From Chloroflexota bacterium (GTDB taxonomy: Bacteria > Chloroflexota > Dehalococcoidia > GIF9 > AB-539-J10), in NCBI GenBank assembly GCA_013388845.1, contig JACAEN010000016.1:21898-85897 (forward strand): DNA of 64,000 nt, in the 5' to 3' direction. A program made the position numbers and the translations under genes. The notes under the pieces are model-generated. The model searched no databases. It worked only from the letters and a program-made list of their open reading frames with translations, and was not told the DNA's origin. How positions within the stretch are numbered: the stretch's first letter is position 1; every line of letters starts with the position of its first letter. Shown piece after piece: positions 40,271-50,096 of this stretch.

Positions 40271-41077
40271 ATGCGAATGCCTTTTGTTGCTGGCAACTGG
40301 AAAATGAATACCACTGTTACTGAAGGTGAACAACTTGTTTTAGAGATGATTGTGAAACTGGACAGGATAGAAGGAGTGGAGAAGGTGCTTTGTCCGCCAT
40401 TTGTATCCTTAATTGCCATAAATATGATGCTCCAAGGTTCATCTATCAAGCTCGGTGCTCAGAATATGTATTTTGAGACTGCAGGGGCATACACCGGTGA
40501 GATATCCCCACTAATGCTCCGTGAGTTGTGTGAATTTGTCATACTGGGACATTCTGAACGGAGAGGGTATTTTGGGGAAACTGACGAAATAGTTAACAAA
40601 AAGGTAAAAGCGGCTTTGGCAAACAACCTTAAGCCTATCTTATGCGTTGGGGAGAGGCTTGAAGAGAATGAAGCTGGCAAGACAGAGGAGGTGGTCAATA
40701 GGCAAGTAATGGCAGCATTGAATGGTATAGAGCCTGTCGTTCTGAGCCGAAGCTCTGAGCGAAGCGAGGAGACAGCGAAGAATCTAGTTATTGCCTACGA
40801 GCCGGTTTGGGCTATTGGCACAGGTAAGGCAGCCAGTGGCAAGCAGGTAGCAGCTACTATCCAGTTTATCCGTGACGTTGTGGCTAAGATATGGAATAAG
40901 AGTATAGGTCAAGACTTACGCATCCTTTACGGAGGCAGTGTTACCAGTGCTAACATCGTTGAATTCATTTCCCAGCCGGAAGTCGATGGTGCCCTGGTTG
41001 GCGGAGCCAGCCTCAAAGCCGAAGAGTTCGTGAGTATTGTTAAGCAAACCGCTGAAATCAAGGGGAGAAAGAAGTAG
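40271..41077 (+). CDS. tpiA: Triosephosphate isomerase, with in-frame REP insertion
   Basis: AGNWKMN, GHSERR, AYEPVWAIGTG, YGGSV, LVGGASL. Confidence 0.97.
   Translation: MRMPFVAGNWKMNTTVTEGEQLVLEMIVKLDRIEGVEKVLCPPFVSLIAINMMLQGSSIKLGAQNMYFETAGAYTGEISPLMLRELCEFVILGHSERRGYFGETDEIVNKKVKAALANNLKPILCVGERLEENEAGKTEEVVNRQVMAALNGIEPVVLSRSSERSEETAKNLVIAYEPVWAIGTGKAASGKQVAATIQFIRDVVAKIWNKSIGQDLRILYGGSVTSANIVEFISQPEVDGALVGGASLKAEEFVSIVKQTAEIKGRKK
40736..40785. repeat. REP-like type II element in frame inside tpiA
   Basis: gtcgttctgagc...ctctgagcgaagcg...agcgaagaatct. Translates VVLSRSSERSEETAKNL. Confidence 0.78.
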
Positions 41078-41087
41078 TCAGTAGTCA

Positions 41088-42014
41088 GTGATCGCCATCG
41101 TTGGTCCCACCGCTGTAGGGAAAAGTGAGCTTGCTCTGCACCTAGCTCAATACTTTCCTATAGAGATAATAAGCGCCGATAGCCGTCAGGTCTATCGGCA
41201 TATGGATATCGGCACTAATAAGCCCACTTTGGCTGAGAGGGCAGCGGTCACTCACCATGTCATTGACGTAGTCGAGCCTGATGAAAATTTCAGCCTGGCT
41301 ATGTATCATCGACTAGCCATTGAGGCGCTGGATGCCATTCATCAGAAGGGCAAGTTGCCACTACTGGTCGGTGGCAGCGGACTTTACGTATGGTCGTTGG
41401 TGGAGGGATGGGAAATACCTCGCGTGCCACCCAATCAGCAGCTAAGACGCCGGTTAGAAGTCAGAGCAAAGCAAGAAGGTAGCCATACTCTCTATCAGGA
41501 ATTGCAGGATATTGACCCTGTGGCGGCAGAAAAAATCAATCCCAGCAATATCCGACGCATAATCAGGGCACTGGAAATCTACCAGGCGACCGGGCAGCCT
41601 CCTTCTCAATTACAGCGTAAACGGGCACCATGTTTCTCTGTTTTGATCATCGGTTTAACCCTGGAAAGAAGCGAACTATATAGAAAGATTGATTGGCGTG
41701 TTGATAGAATGATACAGAGGGGATTGGTTGAGGAAGTAGAACAGCTATTGAAAAAAGGTTATAGCCCTTCCCTGCCTTCTATGTCGGGGATAGGTTACAA
41801 GGAAATAGGACAGTTTCTGCGAGGCGAGATGACTTTGCCCGAGTCTATTGATAAAATAAAATATGAAACCCATCGACTGGCTCGTCATCAGTATGCCTGG
41901 TTTCGCCTCAACGATAGCCGGATTCATTGGTTTGATACCGGCGAGGCGGAAGCCAAAGGTACGATTGTCGCACTAAACAAGGTGAAGGGTCTCATAGAAG
42001 GTTTCCTATCATGA
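41088..42014 (+). CDS. miaA: tRNA dimethylallyltransferase
   Basis: GPTAVGKS, ISADSRQVY, VGGSGLY, IGYKE. Confidence 0.96.
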   Translation: MIAIVGPTAVGKSELALHLAQYFPIEIISADSRQVYRHMDIGTNKPTLAERAAVTHHVIDVVEPDENFSLAMYHRLAIEALDAIHQKGKLPLLVGGSGLYVWSLVEGWEIPRVPPNQQLRRRLEVRAKQEGSHTLYQELQDIDPVAAEKINPSNIRRIIRALEIYQATGQPPSQLQRKRAPCFSVLIIGLTLERSELYRKIDWRVDRMIQRGLVEEVEQLLKKGYSPSLPSMSGIGYKEIGQFLRGEMTLPESIDKIKYETHRLARHQYAWFRLNDSRIHWFDTGEAEAKGTIVALNKVKGLIEGFLS

Positions 42015-42901
42015 AATTCTCCAAGTTACAAGGCACAGGCAATGATTTCATCTTGGTTGACGCCAGAACCACGGAAAGGGAATGGTCAAAGCTGGCTCGA
42101 GTTACGTGTGACCGTCACTTTGGAGTAGGAGCCGACGGCTTGATACTAGTGCAGGACTCGACCATCGCTGATTTAAAGATGCGTATTTTTAATTCCGATG
42201 GTTCTGAGGCTGAGGTTTCCGGCAATGGGCTGAGATGTTTTGCTAAGTATGCTATTGAGAAGGGCTTGGCTGGCAAAATATCATCGCCAGCAGAGTCCCG
42301 ATTGCATCGGGACAATCGCTCTCTGACCGTAGAAACTTTGTCAGGCGTAAGAAAGGTTAAAGCTTATATGTCAGGAGATAAGGTCAACCGAGTCGAGGTA
42401 GGTATGGGTCTGCCTCAGTTTCAGCCGCAGCAAATCCCTGTTAAAGTTGACATCCCGATTGCATCGGGACCAATATTAGATTATCGTTTAATAATAGACG
42501 GAAAAGAGTTGACCTTATCTATTCTATCCATGGGTAATCCCCACGCCGTGAGCTTCTCATCGCAACCGGTTGCTGATTTTCCTTTAACTGAAATAGGACC
42601 AAAAGTGGAGAGGCACCCTGTGTTCCCCAAAAAGACCAATTTTGAGATAGCCAGAGTCTTGAACAGGGGAAAGATAGAAGCCAGGGTGTGGGAGCGAGGT
42701 GTTGGAGAAACTCTGGCCTGTGGAAGCGGCGCTTGCGCCATAGCTGTGGCTGCTCAGTTATTAGACCACGTGGATGAACAAGTTGACATAATACTCGAAG
42801 GTGGGACTCTGACCGTATCCTGGGATAGGGTAGGGGAGGTGTTGCTTACCGGTCCCGTGGAGGAAGTTTTCACTGGCGAATGGCCTGGAGGAAAGAGCTG
42901 A
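42011..42901 (+). CDS. dapF: Diaminopimelate epimerase
   Basis: GTGNDF, DRHFGVGADG, NSDGSEAEVSGNG, MGNPH, ERGVGETLACGSG. Confidence 0.94.
   Translation: MKFSKLQGTGNDFILVDARTTEREWSKLARVTCDRHFGVGADGLILVQDSTIADLKMRIFNSDGSEAEVSGNGLRCFAKYAIEKGLAGKISSPAESRLHRDNRSLTVETLSGVRKVKAYMSGDKVNRVEVGMGLPQFQPQQIPVKVDIPIASGPILDYRLIIDGKELTLSILSMGNPHAVSFSSQPVADFPLTEIGPKVERHPVFPKKTNFEIARVLNRGKIEARVWERGVGETLACGSGACAIAVAAQLLDHVDEQVDIILEGGTLTVSWDRVGEVLLTGPVEEVFTGEWPGGKS
42295..42313. repeat. CCCGATTGCATCGGG hairpin in frame in dapF (SRLHRD)
   Basis: gtcccgattgcatcgggac. The 15-nt core is identical to the pseudo-tRNA-Ala anticodon arm. Confidence 0.8.
42452..42470. repeat. Second CCCGATTGCATCGGG hairpin in dapF (IPIASG)
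   Basis: atcccgattgcatcgggac, read in a different frame from the first copy. Confidence 0.8.
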
Positions 42902-44070
42902 TGAAATTAGCCAAACGACTTAATAGATTGCCTCCGTATCTTTTCGTGGAAATAAATCAAAAAATCGCTGAACTGCGGGCTAGGGGAGAGGATATAATCA
43001 GCTTCGCTATTGGCGACCCTGATTTACCCACGCCCTCTCATATCATCGAATATATGTGCCAGGCAGCACATGACCCGGCAAACCATCGTTATCCTGAAAC
43101 CGCTGGCTTGCCTGAACTTCGACAGGCCATTGCTGAGTGGTATGAGGAACGCTTTGGCGTTACCCTGGATCCGTCTAAAGAGGTCTTGCCGCTTATTGGC
43201 TCCAAGGAGGGGATCGGGCACATAGCTTTATGCTTTATCGAGCCTGGTGACCTAGCTTTGGTTCCTGACCCAGGCTACCCACCATATTCTCTAGGCACCA
43301 TATTAGCCGGTGGCGAGCCTTACTTTATGCCTTTGCAAGAAGAGAACGACTTTCTGCCCGATTTTAAAGCTATTCCAGACAAGGTCGCCAGTAAGGCAAA
43401 GCTTATGTGGCTTAACTATCCCAACAATCCCACCGGCGCTATAGCTAGCCTCGACTTGTTTGAGCAGGCAATCCATTTTGCCCGAAAGCACAATCTAGCC
43501 ATTTGCCACGATGCTGCTTATACTGAGGTTACTTTCGATGGCTATACAGCACCAAGCTTTCTGCAGATAGCCGGGGCAAAGGAGATAGGTGTGGAATTTC
43601 ATTCCCTGTCCAAAACCTATCACATGACAGGGTGGCGAATAGGCATGATGGTAGGCAATGCCGATATGATAAGGACCTTATTTCAAGTTAAATCCAATCT
43701 GGATTCAGGCATTCCCCAAGCAATTCAACATGCCGCTGTGGAAGCTCTGCGTGGCTCCCAGGAACATATCGCTGAGCGTAATGCTATCTTTCAACGGCGC
43801 CGGGATAAGTTAGTAAATGCCCTTAATGAGATAGGGCTGAAGGCCAGGATACCCAAGGCAACCTTTTATATCTGGGCTAAGATTCCACAGGGATATACAT
43901 CTATAGACTACGCCAAGAAATTGCTGGACGAAGTTAAGATAGTAGTGACACCGGGAATCGGTTATGGGAAGGAGGGAGATGGTTACATCAGATTTTCCCT
44001 GACCATTTCCGATGACCATCTGGAACAGGGTATGGGTCGTTTATTGGCTTGGCACAGGAGGAGGAGATAA
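42901..44070 (+). CDS. dapL: LL-diaminopimelate aminotransferase
   Basis: RLPPYLF, GDPD, NYPNNPTG, SLSKTYHMTGWR. Follows dapF. Confidence 0.9.
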   Translation: MKLAKRLNRLPPYLFVEINQKIAELRARGEDIISFAIGDPDLPTPSHIIEYMCQAAHDPANHRYPETAGLPELRQAIAEWYEERFGVTLDPSKEVLPLIGSKEGIGHIALCFIEPGDLALVPDPGYPPYSLGTILAGGEPYFMPLQEENDFLPDFKAIPDKVASKAKLMWLNYPNNPTGAIASLDLFEQAIHFARKHNLAICHDAAYTEVTFDGYTAPSFLQIAGAKEIGVEFHSLSKTYHMTGWRIGMMVGNADMIRTLFQVKSNLDSGIPQAIQHAAVEALRGSQEHIAERNAIFQRRRDKLVNALNEIGLKARIPKATFYIWAKIPQGYTSIDYAKKLLDEVKIVVTPGIGYGKEGDGYIRFSLTISDDHLEQGMGRLLAWHRRRR

Positions 44071-45230
44071 AGCAGAAATTTTTTACTACTGAAGCCAAAG
44101 TAGAACAAGCATTCCTGGTAGGAGTAGGAGGCAAGGTCTCCAACCACGATTGGTCAGTTACAGACTCCTTAGAAGAGCTATCCTATCTGACGAAAACAGC
44201 GGGCGCCAATATAGTAGGTATGTTAACTCAAAAACTGGATGCCCCTTCGCCTACCTCTTATATAGGTAAAGGCAAAATTGAGGAGCTAATTAGCCTCAAA
44301 GAGAAAACTCACTACGACACCGTGATTTTTGATGACGAGCTATCACCGCGGCAGCAAAGAAATCTGGAAGAGGCATTGGGAGTCAAAGTTATTGACCGCA
44401 CCGCTTTGATTTTACATATCTTCGCCCGAAAAGCTCGAACCCACGAAGGAAAACTCCAGGTTGAACTGGCTCAACACCAATATCTTTTGCCCCGGCTTGT
44501 CGGGCAGTGGAGCCATTTAGAGCGACTCGGTGGCGGCATCGGCACCAGAGGTCCTGGAGAGTCACAGTTGGAAACTGATCGCCGCCTTATCCGTAAGCGT
44601 ATCAACCTCCTTCAGCAAAAAATAGAAAGCGTCAGGAAACACCGAGCTCTTTACAGGAGGCAGCGTAAGGAGACTGGCATGCCCGTTGTAGCTCTAGTGG
44701 GCTATACTAATGCCGGGAAGAGCACTCTATTCAACACCCTAAGCAAAGCCGGCGTGGATGTGGAGGATAAACTTTTTTCCACTTTGGACCCTGTGACTCG
44801 GCGGGTAGCTCCAGCCACCGGGAAGCAATTTTTAATCACTGATACCGTTGGTTTTATCCACAAACTTCCGCCTTCAATTATTGCCGCCTTCCACGCCACT
44901 CTAGAGGAACTGGATGAAGCTGATTTACTTCTACATATAGTTGACATAACACACAAGAATGCCGCTAATCAATGCCTCACAGTAGAAAAGATACTCACTG
45001 AGCTGAATCTGGAAAACAAACCAAAAATCACCGTGTTCAACAAGCTAGACTTAGTTCTAAGCGGCGAATCGGAGTTGAAAACACTGACCACTATCCATCA
45101 CTTCGAGGGGAAAATCTTGTTGCCGGCCAAGGACATCGCCTTCATCTCCGCCGCCAAAGGATGGGGAATGGACGAGCTTCTAAATAAGATAGCCCGTCAT
45201 TTAGGGGAGAAAATAGGCAAAGTCAACTGA
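44049..45230 (+). CDS. hflX: GTPase HflX
   Basis: GIGTRGPGESQLETDRR, GYTNAGKST, DTVGF, NKLD. Confidence 0.95.
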   Translation: MAQEEEIKQKFFTTEAKVEQAFLVGVGGKVSNHDWSVTDSLEELSYLTKTAGANIVGMLTQKLDAPSPTSYIGKGKIEELISLKEKTHYDTVIFDDELSPRQQRNLEEALGVKVIDRTALILHIFARKARTHEGKLQVELAQHQYLLPRLVGQWSHLERLGGGIGTRGPGESQLETDRRLIRKRINLLQQKIESVRKHRALYRRQRKETGMPVVALVGYTNAGKSTLFNTLSKAGVDVEDKLFSTLDPVTRRVAPATGKQFLITDTVGFIHKLPPSIIAAFHATLEELDEADLLLHIVDITHKNAANQCLTVEKILTELNLENKPKITVFNKLDLVLSGESELKTLTTIHHFEGKILLPAKDIAFISAAKGWGMDELLNKIARHLGEKIGKVN

Positions 45231-45237
45231 ATTATGA

Positions 45238-45906
45238 CTAGTCTCTTTGCCCAAATATCTTGGTGCCTATTCTAATTATATTGGCGCCTTCCTCCAGAGC
45301 CACTTTATAGGAATTGGTCATACCCATAGAAAGATATCTCATCTCGACATTGGGCAACTTCAGCCCTCTAATTTTTTCAAATATCCTTCTTGTCTGTGCA
45401 AAATAAGGCCGGGAACCCTCAGGGTTGCCAAAACGAGGTCCCATGGTCATAAGACCCATTACCTTGATATTCTTAAGATTAGATATTTCTCTTATTAGCT
45501 GTTCCACATCCTCCGGGAGCACTCCCGATTTCTGTGGCTCTCGGCCACTGTTCACCTCAATCAATACTGGCATTATTTTGCCAATTTGGGCACATTTTCT
45601 ATCAATTTCCCTGGCTATTTCTAAAGAATCAACAGTCTCTATCATGTCGAACATTTCCAGTACTTTTCTCCTGACATTGTGCTTCTGCAGAGTTCCAATA
45701 AAATGCCATTTCGCTCTTTTTCCCACGAGTTCATAGGCCGCTTTGGCTTCTTTGACATAATTCTCGCCAATGATTTGTATTCCCGCCTGAACAGCTTCCA
45801 GGACTTCTTCAGGCGTTCTCGCCTTCGCCGCTGCCACCACCTCGACTCCATCAGAGATTTCCGCTAATAATTCGGCAACGTTTTGTTTAATCAGCTCGCT
45901 GGCCAC
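45238..45906 (-). CDS. yggS: PLP homeostasis protein (YggS/PLPBP). Start uncertain, GTG chosen
   Basis: AAAKAR, IGENYVKE, WHFIGTLQ, GLMTMG, LSMGMTN, IRIGT. Confidence 0.9.
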   Translation of the reverse strand: MASELIKQNVAELLAEISDGVEVVAAAKARTPEEVLEAVQAGIQIIGENYVKEAKAAYELVGKRAKWHFIGTLQKHNVRRKVLEMFDMIETVDSLEIAREIDRKCAQIGKIMPVLIEVNSGREPQKSGVLPEDVEQLIREISNLKNIKVMGLMTMGPRFGNPEGSRPYFAQTRRIFEKIRGLKLPNVEMRYLSMGMTNSYKVALEEGANIIRIGTKIFGQRD

Positions 45907-46086
45907 ATCATGATTGTAGTCCGTTGAGCTTAGCAACATCAAGGATACGAAATCCGAAAAATCGGTAAGTCTGGGAGAATCTCTGGTTACAAAGTTGTCC
46001 ACGAGGACAAAGAGCTTCTGGTTTCCCTAATTAACCTCAGTTCGTAAGGTATAGCCGGCATAGCTATCATACCACTCTTGCCGCTG

Positions 46087-47430
46087 TTATCGGTCTCTCT
46101 TCCGGGACAATGTATTCTGTTTCGCCCTTTCCCATTCTTCCCAGACTGGGCCGTAAATCCGATGGACCTCCTGAGAATATTTGTCCAAAGCATCCTTCAA
46201 ATCTTCAATTAGGGTTAAGGCTTGAGGATGAGTGGGGTAAACCCCTGGGGCTTTAAGGAAAGTTCTACTTTCCCAGGGATTATCAATTAGGGGGCAGGGA
46301 AGGAAAAGATTTTTATTGAATGGCTGACGAGACCTTATTTCTTTGAAGAATTCACAGTTAAGAGCTTCTTTCAAGGAACAATTTTTAACGTTGACCTGGG
46401 AAAAGTGAGTAAAGATGCAAGGCTCAACGTCGCCAAAATTATTAATATGGCAATAATACTTTGCAGAAATGCAGCCACCAACATAAGGGGCATCGTTCCA
46501 AAAATCAATGATTAGAATTGGATAATGAGTTCTAATATAGTCTCTTCTTTCTTTCATTAATTTTCTTTGCTCCGGGAGAGGCATTAGGTTAGTGTTTCTA
46601 TCGCCACAGACTGGCATATAAAGAAAATACCAACCAACGAGCGCTCCTTTCTGTATCATTAATTCCACAAATCGGTTGCTCATTACTTCTTCAACATTTT
46701 CTCTTGTAACGCAAACTGAATAGCCAAAGGGAACTCCTTGGTCATTGCAAATATCCATTGCTGTCATTACTTTTTCAAAGTGCCCCTCCCCCCTTCTCTT
46801 ATCATTTACTTTCTTGAGGCCCTCAATGCTACATTGGACAGCCATATTACCCACTTCAGCCAATTTTTTGACCGCCTCTTGGTTTAATAAAGTAGAGTTA
46901 GTGAAAACCTGGAAATAAGCATCGGAGTGTTTCTCAAAAAGTGAAAACAAATCGTCTCTCAAAAAAGGTTCTCCTCCCAAAATGGTGAAAAACGCAACCC
47001 CAATTTCTTTCCCTTCCTTCACAACCCTGTCAATTATTTCAAACGGTAAATCATCCTTTTTCTGGTAGCTCTTTGCATAGCAACCACCACAACTTAAATT
47101 GCACCTCATTGTTGGAGAAATCAAAATTGTATACAAGGGAGGCAAACCGGCTCTCCTCCCCTCGTCCCTTATTCGCTGATTTTCAATCAAACCTTTAAAG
47201 GCAAGGTCCAAAAGTCTTTCTTGACAGTTCTTGTTGGTATTCTCTGAGAATCTCTTCACCGAGGCCAAGATTTGGCTTAGGTTCGCTATTTTCTGGCGCC
47301 AGATTCTTTCCATAACCACTCTGACGAGTGCCTCACTTACCCTATTTTGAGGAAATTTGGGCAGAAGTTGAAGAATACACCTTGCTACCCTTCTTCTTAA
47401 TTTCTGCTTAATTCCCATATGAGTAAACAT
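46087..47430 (-). CDS. Radical SAM protein with SPASM/twitch-like C-terminus
   Basis: CNLSCGGCY, GGEPF, FWNDAPYVGGC...GDVEPC...PCPLID. AT-richer than the flanks. Start at MFTHMG after GAGGG. Confidence 0.88.
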   Translation of the reverse strand: MFTHMGIKQKLRRRVARCILQLLPKFPQNRVSEALVRVVMERIWRQKIANLSQILASVKRFSENTNKNCQERLLDLAFKGLIENQRIRDEGRRAGLPPLYTILISPTMRCNLSCGGCYAKSYQKKDDLPFEIIDRVVKEGKEIGVAFFTILGGEPFLRDDLFSLFEKHSDAYFQVFTNSTLLNQEAVKKLAEVGNMAVQCSIEGLKKVNDKRRGEGHFEKVMTAMDICNDQGVPFGYSVCVTRENVEEVMSNRFVELMIQKGALVGWYFLYMPVCGDRNTNLMPLPEQRKLMKERRDYIRTHYPILIIDFWNDAPYVGGCISAKYYCHINNFGDVEPCIFTHFSQVNVKNCSLKEALNCEFFKEIRSRQPFNKNLFLPCPLIDNPWESRTFLKAPGVYPTHPQALTLIEDLKDALDKYSQEVHRIYGPVWEEWERAKQNTLSRKRDR

Positions 47431-47751
47431 ATAACCCTCAAAGAATATTTCTGTCAAGAGACGCTGCTTTTCCCAGTGTTTTTGGTGTTGTTGCTGCCAC
47501 CACCTCAACTTCGTCGACCACATTATGATTGTAATCAATAAACTTGCCAGCCTCAAGGGCATAGAATTTCGCCGGTATCAAAGATGTTCTTGTCTTCAAC
47601 CAAAATTGGAACGTTTGAGAGAAGCTTGGGACAACTCATTATTCAGAAGATAAGAAGCGAAGAGCCCGCAACGAGTTGGTAGAGGACAGTGTGACACAAA
47701 GTGAAAGATTCCAAATGATAGGCTGGTAAGCGGCCTCAGGTGGGCAGGGGG

Positions 47752-47780
47752 TTGACAAAAAGGATATTTGTAGGCATAAT
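47752..47780 (+). promoter_or_regulatory. Sigma70 promoter for the recombinase
   Basis: TTGACA-17-CATAAT. Confidence 0.6.
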
Positions 47781-47836
47781 TGGATTGAGTATAATATTCC
47801 TTACACTCATTTAAACGATGCAAGGAGCTAAAACCG

Positions 47837-48775
47837 ATGCTACCGCATGTTGATGATTTTTTACTAAATCTACAAGCCAATAAATACTCTTCGGAGACAA
47901 TTTATAACTATGAACGGGATTTAAATGTTTTCAGTAATTTCTTAGATGAAAGCAATATCGAGTTTGCTAAGGTTGATAAACGCGCTATCACCTACTATAA
48001 AGCCTATTTGGTTTCGCGTGACCGCAAAACAGCCAAGCTGACGAAGCAAGGCGAAAAACTTCTTGATTCCCGCTCTATAAACCGCATGCTCTCGGCGCTG
48101 AGAGCTTACTTGCGCTACTTAATTGACATTGATTACCCCTGTCCCCTGCCGCCTGAAGCAGTGAAATTAACCAAAGCTGGGAGAAAACATCCCCAAGTAG
48201 CCGAGCTTGAGGATTTAATCAGACTGATTGAAGCGCCAAGCTCCTTAGAGGCAAATATCAAAACAGCTTTAAGGAACCGTGCCATGCTGGAAGTGCTATT
48301 TGCTACTGGCATGCGCATCTCTGAGCTCTGCAATCTAAATCGCAGTCAAATCGACGATACCGGGCGGATTTTTATTACTGGTAAAGGCAGAAAACAACGC
48401 TTCGTTTACTTAACTCCACGAGCTAAACAGCACCTGGATGCGTATTTAGCAACTCGACAGGATGATTGTCCAGCCCTTTTTATCCCCTATGCCGGTCGAA
48501 ATGTTGCCAAATCAAAGAAAAGGATTTCCACTAATTATCTTCAGGATAGAATTAAGAGATACCGTGAGAAATTAAAGATCAACGTCCCTACTTCAGCACA
48601 CTCCCTGAGACACGGTTTTGCCACTTATCTGGCTGAACAAGGTGCTAATCCGGCAGCTCTGCAAATTCTTCTGGGTCATGAATCCTTGGATACCACCACC
48701 CGCTATGTCCATGCCTCCGATAAGTATGCTGAAGAGACTCACCGCAAATACCATCCCTTAGCTAAACCAGATTAA
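47837..48775 (+). CDS. Tyrosine recombinase (XerC/XerD-like)
   Basis: N-terminal SAM-like domain. Catalytic R (TGMRISE), K (GKG), HSLRH, LGH, Y (TTTRY) all present. Confidence 0.92.
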   Translation: MLPHVDDFLLNLQANKYSSETIYNYERDLNVFSNFLDESNIEFAKVDKRAITYYKAYLVSRDRKTAKLTKQGEKLLDSRSINRMLSALRAYLRYLIDIDYPCPLPPEAVKLTKAGRKHPQVAELEDLIRLIEAPSSLEANIKTALRNRAMLEVLFATGMRISELCNLNRSQIDDTGRIFITGKGRKQRFVYLTPRAKQHLDAYLATRQDDCPALFIPYAGRNVAKSKKRISTNYLQDRIKRYREKLKINVPTSAHSLRHGFATYLAEQGANPAALQILLGHESLDTTTRYVHASDKYAEETHRKYHPLAKPD

Positions 48776-48938
48776 TCACGCTTGTAGAGCATTATGTCAA
48801 CTACCATAGAGGAGGTTGCCTGCAAATGGTAGAGCTAGCGTTGCCGCGGGCGCTGTCACTAATAACGAATCGCAAGGAAATTGATTTCCTTTATATCAAG
48901 AAAAGGTGCTAAAATGACGTTAACCAGGAGAACCAAAA

Positions 48939-49265
48939 ATGGGTGATATTTTGGATGAAGTCACGGCGCTTATCAGATGTAAGGAATGTCCGTGGTACAA
49001 AAACTGCCTAACTCCGGTTCAGGTTAGCATTGAGGATATCGCACAGTTCAGGATAGCGATGCAGGGGACAAATTTACCTGAGCAAGCCAAAAACGAACTG
49101 GACCAGATTATGGAAAGTGTGGCCTCCATGAGTCAAGAAATGATTCTTCAGAGCTGCCCTGTATTTACTCAGCGTCTCAAGGAGGATCCCAAACTTGCCC
49201 AGCAAATCAAGAAGATGATGCAGAACTGGGGCAAAGAAGAAGAGCCTGATAAGCAATACCCATGA
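48939..49265 (+). CDS. Hypothetical protein with CxxC
   Basis: [18 protein letters not shown]. Confidence 0.75.
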   Translation: MGDILDEVTALIRCKECPWYKNCLTPVQVSIEDIAQFRIAMQGTNLPEQAKNELDQIMESVASMSQEMILQSCPVFTQRLKEDPKLAQQIKKMMQNWGKEEEPDKQYP

Positions 49266-49360
49266 AAAGTTTGCTTTGCTCTTTCCCACTTAAGCCCATC
49301 TCCATATAAGGTGCCTGAGGCCTTAGAGGACTTCTTTTTTGGGGAGCTGAATAAACAGCC

Positions 49361-50074
49361 ATGCCAGAGCAATTAGGCAAAATAGAGAGGCTTGAAGTTG
49401 AGCGCTTCAAAAAAGGAAAAAAACTTTACCTCGTCCCACTTATATATTCTGGAGAAGAAGCTCCTGATGAATACAAAGAAAAATGTAGTCGTTACTGGCA
49501 ACAAGTAGCAGAACACCTAACCAATTTGGCGTCAAAGATTGGGAAAGTAAACCGGGTTTACCACGAATCAATATTTCAATCTGGTGAGGACGGCATGAAG
49601 GCTATGGAGAGGTTGAGTCCAAGCAGTTACCGAATTGCTAAAACTCAGTGTGATAATGGCGCTATCTTTGAAGTAATTGAAGAAAGGGAACTATTCGAGG
49701 AAGTAACGGACTGGCAGAGGTGCCTGATGCTTGGCTTTATAAGTGATAACGTAGCAAGTAGAGTTTCTGAATTTTACGTTGAGGCGGCAAAGAAGAGAAA
49801 TGAATTTATAGCTAAAAAGATAAGCGAAACACTTAAAGACAATGAAGCTGGGCTTCTATTCATTAGAGAGGAACACTCTGTGCAATTTCCTAGCGATATA
49901 GAGGTGTTCAGCATCTTCCCACCAGCTCTGGATGAGATACACCGCTGGTACCGAGACCAAGCTGCTCCAGGGATGGAGAAGCGCACCAAAGAGAGCAAAG
50001 GAGAGAGTGTGGGAGAAACTGAGGAGGTTGAGAAAAAGACTAGGAAAATGACGCAGGAAGGGCCTAAAGAGTAA
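49361..50074 (+). CDS. Hypothetical protein
   Basis: 237-aa ORF in operon context. Confidence 0.75.
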   Translation: MPEQLGKIERLEVERFKKGKKLYLVPLIYSGEEAPDEYKEKCSRYWQQVAEHLTNLASKIGKVNRVYHESIFQSGEDGMKAMERLSPSSYRIAKTQCDNGAIFEVIEERELFEEVTDWQRCLMLGFISDNVASRVSEFYVEAAKKRNEFIAKKISETLKDNEAGLLFIREEHSVQFPSDIEVFSIFPPALDEIHRWYRDQAAPGMEKRTKESKGESVGETEEVEKKTRKMTQEGPKE

Positions 50075-50096
50075 CCCTGCTTCGTGGGGGTGTTTC

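Noticed and set aside
41940-41970. Possible REP remnant in the miaA tail (gcgaggcggaagcc)
   Set aside because: Lacks both terminal tags and is too short.
48775-48802. dif-like site after the recombinase (ttatgtcaact)
   Set aside because: Only the XerD-like arm resembles the consensus. The left arm lacks the expected symmetric TAA.
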